A stretch of 64,000 nt of DNA from Octopus vulgaris. Its lineage: Eukaryota. This document shows positions 53,177-64,000 of the stretch, in pieces. Under the pieces are notes generated by a model that was not told the DNA's origin, made no database searches, and saw only the letters and a program-made list of their open reading frames with translations. The translations under genes were made by a program, and so were the position numbers. The stretch covers positions 56,606,001 to 56,670,000 of the forward strand of contig OX597833.1 in assembly GCA_951406725.2 (NCBI GenBank), in the 5' to 3' direction. Numbering within the stretch: position 1 is the first letter of the stretch; each line of letters opens with the position of its first letter.

Positions 53177-53974
53177 TTAATTATTCTTGTCACCTATTAC
53201 TATACATTATTTGGAAAAACTTAAATTCAACCTAAATTCACTAATTGTCTATGACCTGCATCAATGAGGCAAAAAAGTATTGAAACATTTATATACTGAT
53301 GATAGGGAGAAAAAAGGATAACAAGAATATGATACTAAATGTTAACTGGATTTGAACTTTCATTCTATGCTTCATTGTTTAAATTCTTCAACTCAAACAA
53401 AAAAATAAATGTAAATTATTCAATTAAAGCAACAGGAAAAAAAAATGATATGCAAATAATACAAACTGTCATGTGAATGATACAGAAAACCAAAAATGAG
53501 AATAATATACACTAATGACAGCAGTAAGTTAGACCTAATTCTGAGTAAGGAATCCAAAGAATGAAGACATTGTCTACATTTCCGATTAAAACATTCTTTG
53601 GCTGTTGGTCAGTGACCAACAGTAGACTGTATAGGAGTGAGTTTTACAGCTCAGCAGATGTTGGTTTCATCCTAACCAAATAATTCCTTACCACCTTGAA
53701 TGAAGTTTTCTGATGAAACACATTTAAGTAAAGATATTTCCAGGTTTATGTGTATATTGTAAATTAGGGTAAACACGTGCCTGCATGCATGGGTGTGTGT
53801 GCATGTGTGTGTGTGTGTGCGCATGCGCATGTGCACCTGTGTGCATGCATGTGTGTGTGTGTGTGTATGTGTGTATGTGGTGTGTGTGTGTGTGTGATGT
53901 AGAGTCTATCATAAAAAAACACTTTGAGATAATGTTTCCTTGGTTGCTGTTGTGTGTTGCTTAACCATACTCAC

Positions 53975-53990
53975 CTTTTGGGTGAACAGA
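53975..53990 (-). CDS. Candidate 16-nt microexon (continues ...P-L-F-T-Q-K)
   Basis: Strong donor AAG|GTGAGT, weak AAG acceptor after tctcttgactttatacttt; restores phase 0 after the 53-nt exon. Confidence 0.3.
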
Positions 53991-54197
53991 CTTAAAGTAT
54001 AAAGTCAAGAGATTCTGTTTAAGCTTAGTGCAGGACATTTTTCAGATAAATCAACAGGTGAAGCAGCCAAGTTCAAGCTCAATTTTTATTTGTATATTGC
54101 TTCTAAAAACGCTTGTAACAAAAATTGAACTCCAGAAACTTAATATAGCCATTATTGAACTCTTTTTTGTATTATGGTATTATTATAAAAAGTCAAT

Positions 54198-54375
54198 GAG
54201 ATGGCAGACCCATTAGCATGCTGGGCAAAATGCTTAGCAGCATTTCATCTGTTTTTACATTCTGAGTTCAAATTCCATTGAGGTCAACTTTGCCCTTCAT
54301 CCCTTTTGGGGTCAATAAAATAAGTGCCAGTTGAGCTCTGAGGTCAAAGTAATCAAAATTTGAAACCAATATTAC
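54198..54375 (+). mobile_element. Old SINE-C
   Basis: ttctgagttcaaattcc...gcccttcatccccttttggggtcaataaaataagt. Confidence 0.7.
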
Positions 54376-54510
54376 AATAATATAAATCCATGATTTAAAA
54401 CAGGCTTTCAAAACTTAAATCTAAACAAAACAAGGGATTTAAAAAAAAAATGCAAAATATCTGATTACTAAATTAAATAAAAGAAGAAAGAATATACAAT
54501 GTGAACTTAC

Positions 54511-54563
54511 GGCTCCGCAGGAGGAGTAGGAAGTTTTGCAGCAGTATCGCTTGCCACTTGTGG
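54511..54563 (-). CDS. Internal coding exon of an unidentified host gene (probably PQVASDTAAKLPTPPAEP)
   Basis: Acceptor tcttttctatctaattttag, donor gtaagt; GC-rich island with CpGs in an AT-rich setting; stop-free in all three frames, so the frame is inferred. Confidence 0.65.
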
Positions 54564-56595
54564 CTAAAATTAGATAGAAAAGATAACTATTTGAAAGGAA
54601 GAAAATTGTTTATTCATTAAAAAGAAATTAAAGTGCTTTTTATATGATACTCATAAATAACTTCAAAGACTTTTAGTTTTCTTCGTGTGCATGTGTGTGA
54701 AGAGATACATACATACGTTTATATAGATTTGAAAGGAGGGAAAGAAAAACAGAGAAGTGTAGAGAGATGGGAAGGAAAAAAAGAGAGATACTTGAATTTA
54801 CAAATGAGAGAAGAAATTACTGAATATATTAAGTGGAGTTCAAATACTTTTAAAAAGTATTAGAAGACTTTTTCCTTTCTTTCTTTTTCACTGTTACTTC
54901 AAGTTTCACATTTCCACTTGTGAAGCTGTTTGATAAGTGGAAACACAAAACTTGAAGTAACAACACAAGAAATTTTCAGCTTCCACACACAGACACCCAT
55001 GACACTCATGCACACGCGCACACATGGCCAAAGGAACACCAACCACTTGTACTTGTGTATAGTGTAAATAAGTAGCACCATTGTACGGGTATGCACTTTT
55101 AAACACGCTGAAGTATTACTGTTAATTATAAAGACAAAAACCATACAATTTTGAGCTCTAGTTCTCAATATTGAACCATGAAATGGTAATGAAAATGACA
55201 AAGCATCAGAGGATAAAACTAAAGGTATATTGACTTTACTGACATCCAATGAATTATAAGGTAAATTCAGTAGACCATATTTATTCCTTTCAAAATTTGA
55301 CCTGTGTCTAAACAAATTAATTTGCGTATATAAAAAGTATAAAATTTTGTTTGACAAGTTTCAGTAAAATTTCGATACAAGTTGATCTACTCTGACAATG
55401 ACTGATAATAGCAAGGGTATCAATAATACATGCAAATGGATAAAATGGGTAAATCAAATGGTAACACCAACCATAACAACAGTATTGATATTTGTCACAT
55501 TAGCACTGTTCACAAAAGAGACAAAAGAAGCACTCTTTTACTGTCATCAAGTAAACTCACAATCATGATCACAACCACCACTGATGATGACACCTTTCTT
55601 CTTTTCAGCCTGTTAGTTTTAAGCCTGCCACTAGAGATGTTGGTACAACAAAATGTAGTTCTAGGGAGTTAGTTGAGAAATTCAGAGCAGAGAGGACTAG
55701 ATATAAACGATAGGAAGATACTTCTGTCAGACTCCTTAATGGCAATGAACAAGACCATGTTCTTCTGAGCAGGTAACATCTCTGATACAAGTCGTAACAG
55801 GTATATTATTGACAGGAAAGTAAGCAAGAGAATATTGCAAATTGAGAGAATTAAGATAAATAACAATAAATAAAATCGAGCTAATGAGCCCCTTGTGTCA
55901 ATTATCTCAAACTCTGATGGCGACAATTTTAAATGGAGATATAATGATATATATGGAGGTCTATGGCCATAGTGCAATAAACAAAGAGAGGAAAAATGTT
56001 ATTAGTGCACTGAGATGATTCCTTCATTATGGTCTTTGAGGATAAAACATGGATGTTCAAGACTGGGTGCCTTTAGGAAATTCTGTATACTGATGACAGC
56101 AGCAGAATATGTTCCAAACTTAAAGGAATGATCCAAAATATAAAACCTAAAAACATGTATAACAAGGAACTAAATAAAAATAGAAAGCATAAAATCGTGC
56201 CACCACCAAGAAATTAAACTGGATCAAGATGTAGGTAGTTGATAAGAACTTTGGGGTTTTTTTTTTGTACTCAGTTGAAGGTTTGAGAATTAAAAAGTAC
56301 AATGAAGTCTCTTAACAGATTGACAAGGAACCAGGATTTTAAATGGGCCAACAATATAGAAGTTAGAAGTGCCTCAATGAAAGAAAATTCAAGAACTAAT
56401 CTAAAACAGCTTGCTAGAAATAGTAGGTAGATAGTTCTTGTTTCCTAGGTGACACAATGTCATTGTTTAGCTTTAAATCTGTCCTGATTAAGCATCAGTC
56501 CTATGATAACTGGAAGCATTGTAACTACGACTATTCTGCATTGTTTTTTGCTTCCTTTTCTACATATAATGTATATACAACTATATTATCCTCTA

Positions 56596-56948
56596 CTAGC
56601 ACTATGACCCGGTCATAGTGCTAGTGCATGCATATACAGCTGCGTGCGTGCACACATACATGTGAGTACTATCCAAATCTCTGACCAATCACATACAGCT
56701 AGCAAGCTTTCAATTGGTGTATAAGTTTTGGGCATTTTGATTGGGTTTTGGATAGAAAATTCACAAAAAAGTCACTTCTATTGATTTTTTAATGGCTTTG
56801 CGGGGTGACTGGGCAACTGTAAAGATGTACACGACCACCCTTGGATGGTTTTAAATGACCATAGAAAGCGCGAGCCCTCTAACTGAAAAATTGTGGATTT
56901 GTATAAAGGACACACACACAGACATTTTGCCGTTTATATATAGAGAGA
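56596..56948 (-). mobile_element. Non-autonomous Helitron, family H1 (hairpin centre deleted)
   Basis: Same body and termini as the other H1 copies. Confidence 0.85.
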
Positions 56949-57110
56949 TGTACTTCCTTTTTAAGACATCAGGATGTGATCCAAAGAAGATTTAGTTGTT
57001 AAATCTGGATAAAATAATCACATATATATATTCCTAATTACAAAAGGAGGTGGTTGGAAAGAAAGTATAGCAGTTTGAAAAAGCAAAAAGAAGATAACAC
57101 TTAGATAGCT

Positions 57111-57215
57111 ACAGTCCTATATTCAAGAGATGAGGAATTATGTACATTATTTACATTATTTACATTCAACGGATAGGACAAATATCCGTCGAATAAAAAA
57201 TAATGTAAATAATGT
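57111..57215. mobile_element. Short TSD-flanked fold-back insertion
   Basis: 12-bp direct repeat ACTTAGATAGCT at 57099-57110 and 57216-57227; inverted arms at 57142-57175 and 57183-57217. Confidence 0.75.
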
Positions 57216-59162
57216 ACTTAGATAGCTGTTATTCATGTCAGCAACAAAAGGTTTTCTTTCCATTGATAATGAAAGGCAGACACTGTCTGTCTGTCTGTCT
57301 CTCTGTATAACAGTATATAATGGATGATGCTCATTGACTAAAAAAGATCTTCAGAAACCGAAGAAATAGGAGTCAAGTGTGATTTTTTGAATGTGTAAAA
57401 TTAATTTGTATGGGAGTTAGAACATCTAAATGATTCACAGATACACTGATTACCATTTTATCATATTTACCATCTTTCGAAAACTGCACAACCTAATGGT
57501 ATGTAATTACAATAAGATTGATTTAGCTGTCATGAATTATGTAGCCATAGATAGAGCACACAGTAGAGTGACAAGGCATGAACTGCAAACCTCAATCAGT
57601 AGGAGTTTGTCCAAAGCGGATAACCATAAGAAAGCAGATGTTAAATTAACATTGATGACTCATTATACATTGATGAGATTTTTGCATCTGATGAACTTCA
57701 TTACCACCTCCAGAAAATAATCAATAAAGATACTGATATGCCATCTGCATCAAAAATAAGGTTAATGACTTTGAAATGTAATGTAATGAAAGGTAACCTC
57801 TTTTTTTGATAAAGCAATTTTAGCCTTCTATGAAAAATTGATAAAGCGGTTATAACATAGTTTTGTTTTTTCTCTCTCTCTCTAGAGACAGATTTTACTA
57901 GTTTCTAGTCTTCTTACACCTTCGTCAGAGAGAGAATATGCATCGCCTGTCCATTGAGCAGTTATAGCTATTTATAGTGTGTACAAACTAAGACACAGTT
58001 AAACAGGTCAGTATAATTTGCATAATAGTGCATGCTTTGGCAATCATTTGGTTTAATTGGGCCAGTTTAGCAAAGTTTGAGTTTGTACATATTGTGAACA
58101 GCTATAAACAAGTAATTTCTCCATAGAGAGAAGACATATATTCTTTTTATTAAAAAAAGGTCTGGAAAGATTAGAAACTAGCCAGATTGATCTCATATTT
58201 TCTGTATACAGAGAGATGAAAATCTGTGGTGTAACCATTTTGTTAACTTTTTGCAGTGAAGCTAAAATTGTGTTTATCACAAAAAGTATACCATATATTC
58301 CATTACAAATTATTCCAAGACACTGTGTCATGCATTATTAATAGATTAGTTAATTACTTTATTTCACACAGGAAACCATCTTGTGTACAATGTATTTTCA
58401 TGTTATTTTTCTTTGAAAAGCGTATTTTCCAATTTGAGTGTAGCTTAAACAGACCTTCAAACTTATAAGTTTACTAATGTTCTAAGCATGCTTTATAGGT
58501 TTTAATGACAGGATTTCTCTGCAAAATATCTATAATTAGTCATTGCTGCTGGAATATGCTGCTGCAGTTTGCATACACAGCATATGTGACCGTGAAGTTC
58601 ACAAAAGAGTAATGTACATAGTTAAGGTGGCTTGCATGTATGAGCTGCGACTGGAGGAATTTGCAAGCATAATGACTAGAAAGCTGAGTGACAGACTCTG
58701 TGCATCCCAAGGCATAGGGGTCACTGAATCAGACTAAGGGTACTTCAAAAGGAATGAATAAAAAAAGGATTGAATGTAAGCTCAGCAGCCATTGATTTGT
58801 TGTTTGGATTAACTGATAAATGGTGTGGTGCTTTACTTAAGAATGCAATATATTGAATGTTTGGACCAATGACATAGGTATGACATGTAAAATCAATACA
58901 TAGCAACATCAGCCAATGAGGCAGACTTTATAAGGTTGCTTAACCAGCTGGAAATGACAGTCAAATCTCTCTTGCATTGCACTCTACTGTCTTAAAAATG
59001 GGAAAGAGACATAATGTAATACTAGATATCCCTAAAATGACAGGATGATCATAACTGGAGTGCTTTGATTATAGAGATGCTCAATCGTGATTGCCCTGAT
59101 ACATTAAACACACTCAAAATATTGTATGGAAAATAAATAATTATAAAACATGTTAAGTATAT

Positions 59163-59388
59163 TCTCTCTTTTACCCTTTTACTTGTTTCAGTCATTTTGA
59201 CTGCGGCCATACTGGAGCACCGCCTTTAGTCGAGCAAATTGACTCCGGGACTTATTCTTTGTAAGCCCAGTACTTATTCTATCGGTCTCTTTTTGCCGAA
59301 CCGCTAAGTGACGGGGACGTAAACACACCAGCATCGGTTGTCAAGCAATGCTAGAGGGCCAAACACAGACACACAAACATATACACAC

Positions 59389-59469
<81 letters not shown>

Positions 59470-59483
59470 CACACACATACATG

Positions 59484-59520
<37 letters not shown>

Positions 59521-59672
59521 GACAGGCTTCTTTCAGTTTCCGTCTACCAAATCCACTCACAAGGCTTTGGTCGGCCCGAGGCTATAGCAGAAGACACTTG
59601 CCCAAGATGCCACACAGTGGGACTGAACCCGTAACCATGTGGTTGGTTAGCAAGCTACTTACCACACAGCCA
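59163..59672 (-). mobile_element. SINE-A with expanded internal (TA)n
   Basis: Family match; the first few bases of the head are missing. Confidence 0.92.
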
Positions 59673-60676
59673 TTAATAAATTTACATTCATAAACAGTGT
59701 ATATTCTGATTTTTGATCTCAAGATACTATATTTAATGAAAGAGGTCACAGGATCTGAGCTGTTTGGTGATATGTGGTGCTACAGATGACCCGACCTCAC
59801 ACAGAAGCTTGTTAATACATTACCCCTACTAAAATGGTGCTGGTAATGTACATATCTCTCCTGCCTATTCCCTATTCTCTACCCTCACATCTCCCTATTA
59901 TCTCTTCTCCTTTTCCCTGTAACTATTCTATACTAGTCTTATCTCCCCAGTATTTCTTCTATTCACCATACCATGTCATCCATTCTGAACCCCTACTACA
60001 TCCCCCACTCACACCTTGCTACTGTTTCTTCCTCCACCCTTCTGAATCATGAAGCCTGACCGGAGTGGAGGTGGGATGAGGTGGGGTTGCATACTTGCAG
60101 CCTTCACTCACTCTCCCTGAGTCTTCTGTCACCACACTTTCTTCTATTTACCATCTCAGGCATGTTCCTTTGAGAATATACTCTGGCACCTCCTCCTTGT
60201 CCTCTATCACTCTCTCACAACAATACATTCTTTCCATCGATTGAGCAAGACATCTTCTGACCTGTCAAATCTGGTTGGTTCCATGCTAAATAGAAAGTGT
60301 TTGTAAAATAATACTGCTGCTACTGATGACAATGTCAATGATGATGATGATGATGATGTACACTGCATTCTGCAGATTATGATCAGGAAAGGCATCCAGC
60401 TGTAAAATACTCTCACAGAGAGTCCCATCTGAACGATGCTGGCATGGAAAAAGCACCACTACCTTCATCATCAATTTGAAATAACAATCTGTTGGCTTGT
60501 GAAAACTACAAGGAAGTAATCCCTTATGTCTTGTCTTATCTTTTAAAACTGTGTACCTAGAAGCATGTTATAAACATGTGTACCTATAAGTACACTGAAC
60601 TGTCAAAAAAACCCCACAATTTTTTCAAATGTCATTTTTAATATGGTAAATTCCGAAAATTTATTTTGGAGATGTA

Positions 60677-61161
60677 CAGGGGCTAGACAAAATAATGGAA
60701 ACACCTAGCATCATAATTTTGGAATATCTATAAAACTGTCAAAAGCTTGTTTATTTTTATGCTTTTTGATTTATTATTAGTGTTGCTTAATATGTTTTGC
60801 TAAAATTTCTGTTTCTTTTCAGATATCATCAGAAAAAAGTAATTAAAATTTATTAAAATGACAGATCTATCAGACTTTCAAAGAGGTCAAAAATTATTGG
60901 TGTTCATATGGCAGGCGCTAACATAACAAAAACAGCCAAAATGTTTGGTATATCAAGAAGTACTGTCTCAAAAGTAATGACAGCCTTTGAGAAAGAGGAA
61001 AAAAACCTCCTCATCGAAACAAAACACCAGAAGAAAACCATGACTTTCAGATAGGAACTGTCAGACTCTTATGCGAATTGTTAGAAAGGATCACATAAGT
61101 ACAGCTCCCAAAATTACTACAGAGCTTAATGACCACCTTGAGAACCCAGTTTCCACAAAAC
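60677..61161 (+). mobile_element. 3'-truncated copy of the Tc1-like element
   Basis: TA plus left TIR; transposase N-terminus MTDLSDFQRGQ...MRIVRKDHISTAPKITTELNDHLENPVSTK with frameshifts. Confidence 0.9.
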
Positions 61162-62154
61162 CTATTCACATGTGTATGTGTGTGTATTTGAATCTAATGT
61201 GGATGGATACTCATTCAAACAGGAAAGACGGTCATCAATATTTATGGAAGTAAAAGTATTCAAAATGCAATAGTTTCACAGTGTCACTCTGACACGTGCA
61301 TACACACATACAGATATGCAACACATACACACACAATCACATATACTTAAGTTTCCATTCTACACTGACTCACAGTGAATGAAAATAAGACCAATGGTGG
61401 GTGGACAGTTAAATGGAGTGGTAATTAGATAAGATTCAGGTGTCTGGTCTATAACTGAAACCTTACCAGTCTATGAGGGGCACAACACCCTACCAGCAAT
61501 TAGTAAGCGGAAAGAGAGATCTTTAGTGTTTTAGTAAAACACAGAAAAGAACAAAGGGGGAGGCAGGAGGGGGGTGAGAAAGAAACCGAAGGCTATATAA
61601 AGAACATGTAAGGTTATAATTAAATTTGCTGTGATGATAATGACGATGCCGATATTGATAGTGATGATGGTGATGAATGTAATAAGGAGAAGGAAGAAGT
61701 GGAGTGGAAATGAAGTAGGAAAAAAGAAGACATTGTATTTATATTTTTTATTAATGGTCTTATAACTGTCCTGGCTACTGAGTTTTTATTAATAAAAATA
61801 ATGCTATATTATTAATAATTTTAATCAGATAGTATATTGCAAAATATGAACAGATTTGTTTTCTCATTTAACAATGATAATGCCAGAGCGAGTGAGCCAT
61901 GTTTATGGAAAATATCTCTAGGAAAAAGCATTACTGTCACAACACCGCATTTTTCTTTTCTTTAAAGCATGGAGTCTTTGTTTTTGTTTTTTTTTTGTTT
62001 TTTTCATGAAAATAAATCAATATAATTTTAAAAAGTGAATGAATAAAGCACTCAGCTTTTGAGAGTAGGAACTGACAAAAGTAAGAGAGCTCTTAACACT
62101 TGTTTTAACTATATTTCCATTATATTTTGTTAGCTTATAAACATTACATATAGT

Positions 62155-62500
62155 CATCCTTTAACTTTTGTTTTCCATGCTGGATGGTTCAACATGATCG
62201 AACAAGTCAGAGGACTGCACTGAGCTCCAATGTCTGTTTCAGCATGGTTTCTATGGCTGGATGCCCTTCCTAATGCCAACCACTTTAAAGAGTGTACTGA
62301 GTGCTTTTTTCCGTGGCATGTACATTAGTGAGGCCAACAAGGAACTTGCAAGACAAGGCCCCTCAGGGTGCAGTATTGAGGGAAATTGTTTTGTGCCAGG
62401 TTTTGAGAGGCTAAAAATAAGAAAGAAGGCCAGGAATAGGTGCCTTGCTGTACAGGAAACACACAGCTACTCAAGCAGGGAAGGTAGAAAGGATGGAGAT
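62155..62500 (-). mobile_element. Old SINE-B-type element
   Basis: ttttccatgctgg...tttctatggctggatgcccttcctaatgccaaccacttta. Confidence 0.65.
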
Positions 62501-62519
62501 GAGGTATCAGAATATACCC

Positions 62520-62755
62520 ATTTCTTTACTACCCACAAGGGGCTAAACACAGAGAGGACAAACAAGGACAGACAAACGGATTAAGTTGATTATATTGACC
62601 CCAATGCGTAACTGGTACTTATTTAATCGACCCCGGAAGGATGAAAGGCAAAGTCAACCTCGGCAGAATTTGAACTCAGAATGTAGCGGCAGGCGAAATA
62701 CTGCGAAGCATTTCGCCCGGCCTGCTAACATTTCTGCCAGCTCGCCGCCTTTCAT
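62520..62755 (-). mobile_element. SINE-C, full length
   Basis: 18-bp TSD AGGTATCAGAATATACCC at 62502-62519 and 62756-62773. Confidence 0.92.
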
Positions 62756-62782
62756 AGGTATCAGAATATACCCTTTCATTAA

Positions 62783-63001
62783 CCCTTTCATTACTGTATT
62801 AATTTTGAAATGCTCTGTGTTTCTTTCAATTATTTTAAATATAACAAAGAATTTAGTAAATTAACTTTGTTATCATTAAGCTAGTGTTAGGAACATGAAT
62901 TTTAACTAAGATTTGGTGGAAGATTTGAATTCAAAACTTATGAAAACAAGACATTTATACTAAAGAGCCAGAGCCAGTTTCAGCTGGGTTGGTAACGAAA
63001 G
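62783..63001. mobile_element. piggyBac-type MITE with damaged right end
   Basis: Left TTAA and TIR intact; the right TIR stops at GTAACGAAAG. Confidence 0.85.
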
Positions 63002-63779
63002 TATGAGAAGGTGGAAAAAGTGAGAATAGGAACAAAGAGTCAAGGATAGCTGAATGGGTAGGTTAATGGGTGAAAGGAGTGATAGATTGTTAGAGATGGG
63101 GATGTAGGTGAATGCAGTGAATGCAGAAAATGAGCGGTAGTATGGTCAATGGTAAGTCTCAGTTTTGTGAAGAAAGGAAAATAGGAGTGGATCATGAAGG
63201 AAGGGGTGGCAGGAAATAAAAGGGGTAGGCCACATGCAGCAGTGTAATAAAACTGTACATAGACGGGTAGGGAGATGATGTGCACTCCTGGCATTTCAGC
63301 TTTTCCCCAAATTTAATCTCCACTTACTGAATCACTTCTATAAACCAGAAACCTAAAATGTAACTTGCAAATGATTTTTCAGCTCATTTTCTAATGTCAG
63401 ACTAATTGCAAAGTTGCACGAAATCTTGTAAATGATACTGTTTCTAAATAAGATTCCTTGTACATAAAGCGTCCTACTTTTAAGCCTACTCTGTTTTCAG
63501 CTAGTCCATAAGCTTCAAATGGGATGAAACTGGATTCAAAGACAGGGAAGTCTTCTCACTTTCAGCAGGTTCACTCCACTGATGTCTAAACTTTCAGACA
63601 AGCGTAGTTGGATGGATGGCAGCCAGTCACTAATTTCCTCTTAGCCATTTTTATGAGGCCATAATGAGGAAGATGGTGATGGTAATAGTGCTGGTAATTA
63701 TTGAGGTAATGTTTGTAAGGATGGTAACGAGAAAGGTAGTGAATATAGTAATGACAGCAGTGATGGTGATTATCATGAG

Positions 63780-63782
<3 letters not shown>

Positions 63783-63828
<46 letters not shown>
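63783..63828. repeat. (GAT)n microsatellite
   Basis: Direct observation. Confidence 0.95.
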
Positions 63829-63830
<2 letters not shown>

Positions 63831-64000
63831 GAGATGGAAAAGGGGAGAAGAAAAGAGGAAAAGTCAGAGGAGTGTAGTGTTGTAACTTCAACTTGGAATT
63901 ATATAATGCAATCTGCTGCTGCTGCTACTACTACTACTACTATTGATGCTACTGCTTTTGAAGTGTAGGCAATTTCAGGAGATGAGTAACAGCAACAGTA

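Noticed and set aside
54899-55357. 152-aa minus-strand ORF
   Set aside because: Non-ATG start, AT-rich intron-like composition including a TG repeat, and no domain signature.
55609-55772. Plus-strand exon candidate with acceptor and CAG|GTAAC donor
   Set aside because: The best frame (PVSFKPATRD...) hits a stop before the donor, and there is no homology cue.
57896-57935. Minus-strand CTGACGA...GAAACTAGTA hammerhead-like core
   Set aside because: Core and palindromic ACTAGT are present, but stem II has a mismatched closing pair and stem I does not pair next to the cleavage site; at best a dead relic.

Overview
AT-rich eukaryotic, almost entirely non-coding DNA. The repeat complement suggests an octopus/coleoid cephalopod genome (inference). 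The window is a mosaic of microsatellites, several SINE families, non-autonomous Helitrons, piggyBac- and hAT-type MITEs, decayed Tc1/mariner transposases, and RTE, CR1 and Penelope retroelement remnants. None of the supplied ORFs is a credible intact gene. One convincing 53-nt minus-strand exon (54511-54563), possibly followed by microexons, suggests part of the window is intron of a minus-strand gene. The most unusual items are: (i) a 169-bp tandem array of chimeric SINE heads (12562-14056) whose origin can be reconstructed from the sequence; (ii) a 380-bp TSD-flanked, tRNA-less retroelement (16736-17115) carrying a structured RNA domain resembling RTE/BovB 5' UTRs; (iii) a DD36E-spaced Tc1-like element; and (iv) a Penelope GIY-YIG remnant with a decayed hammerhead. 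All family assignments are by eye and from memory; no database search was run.
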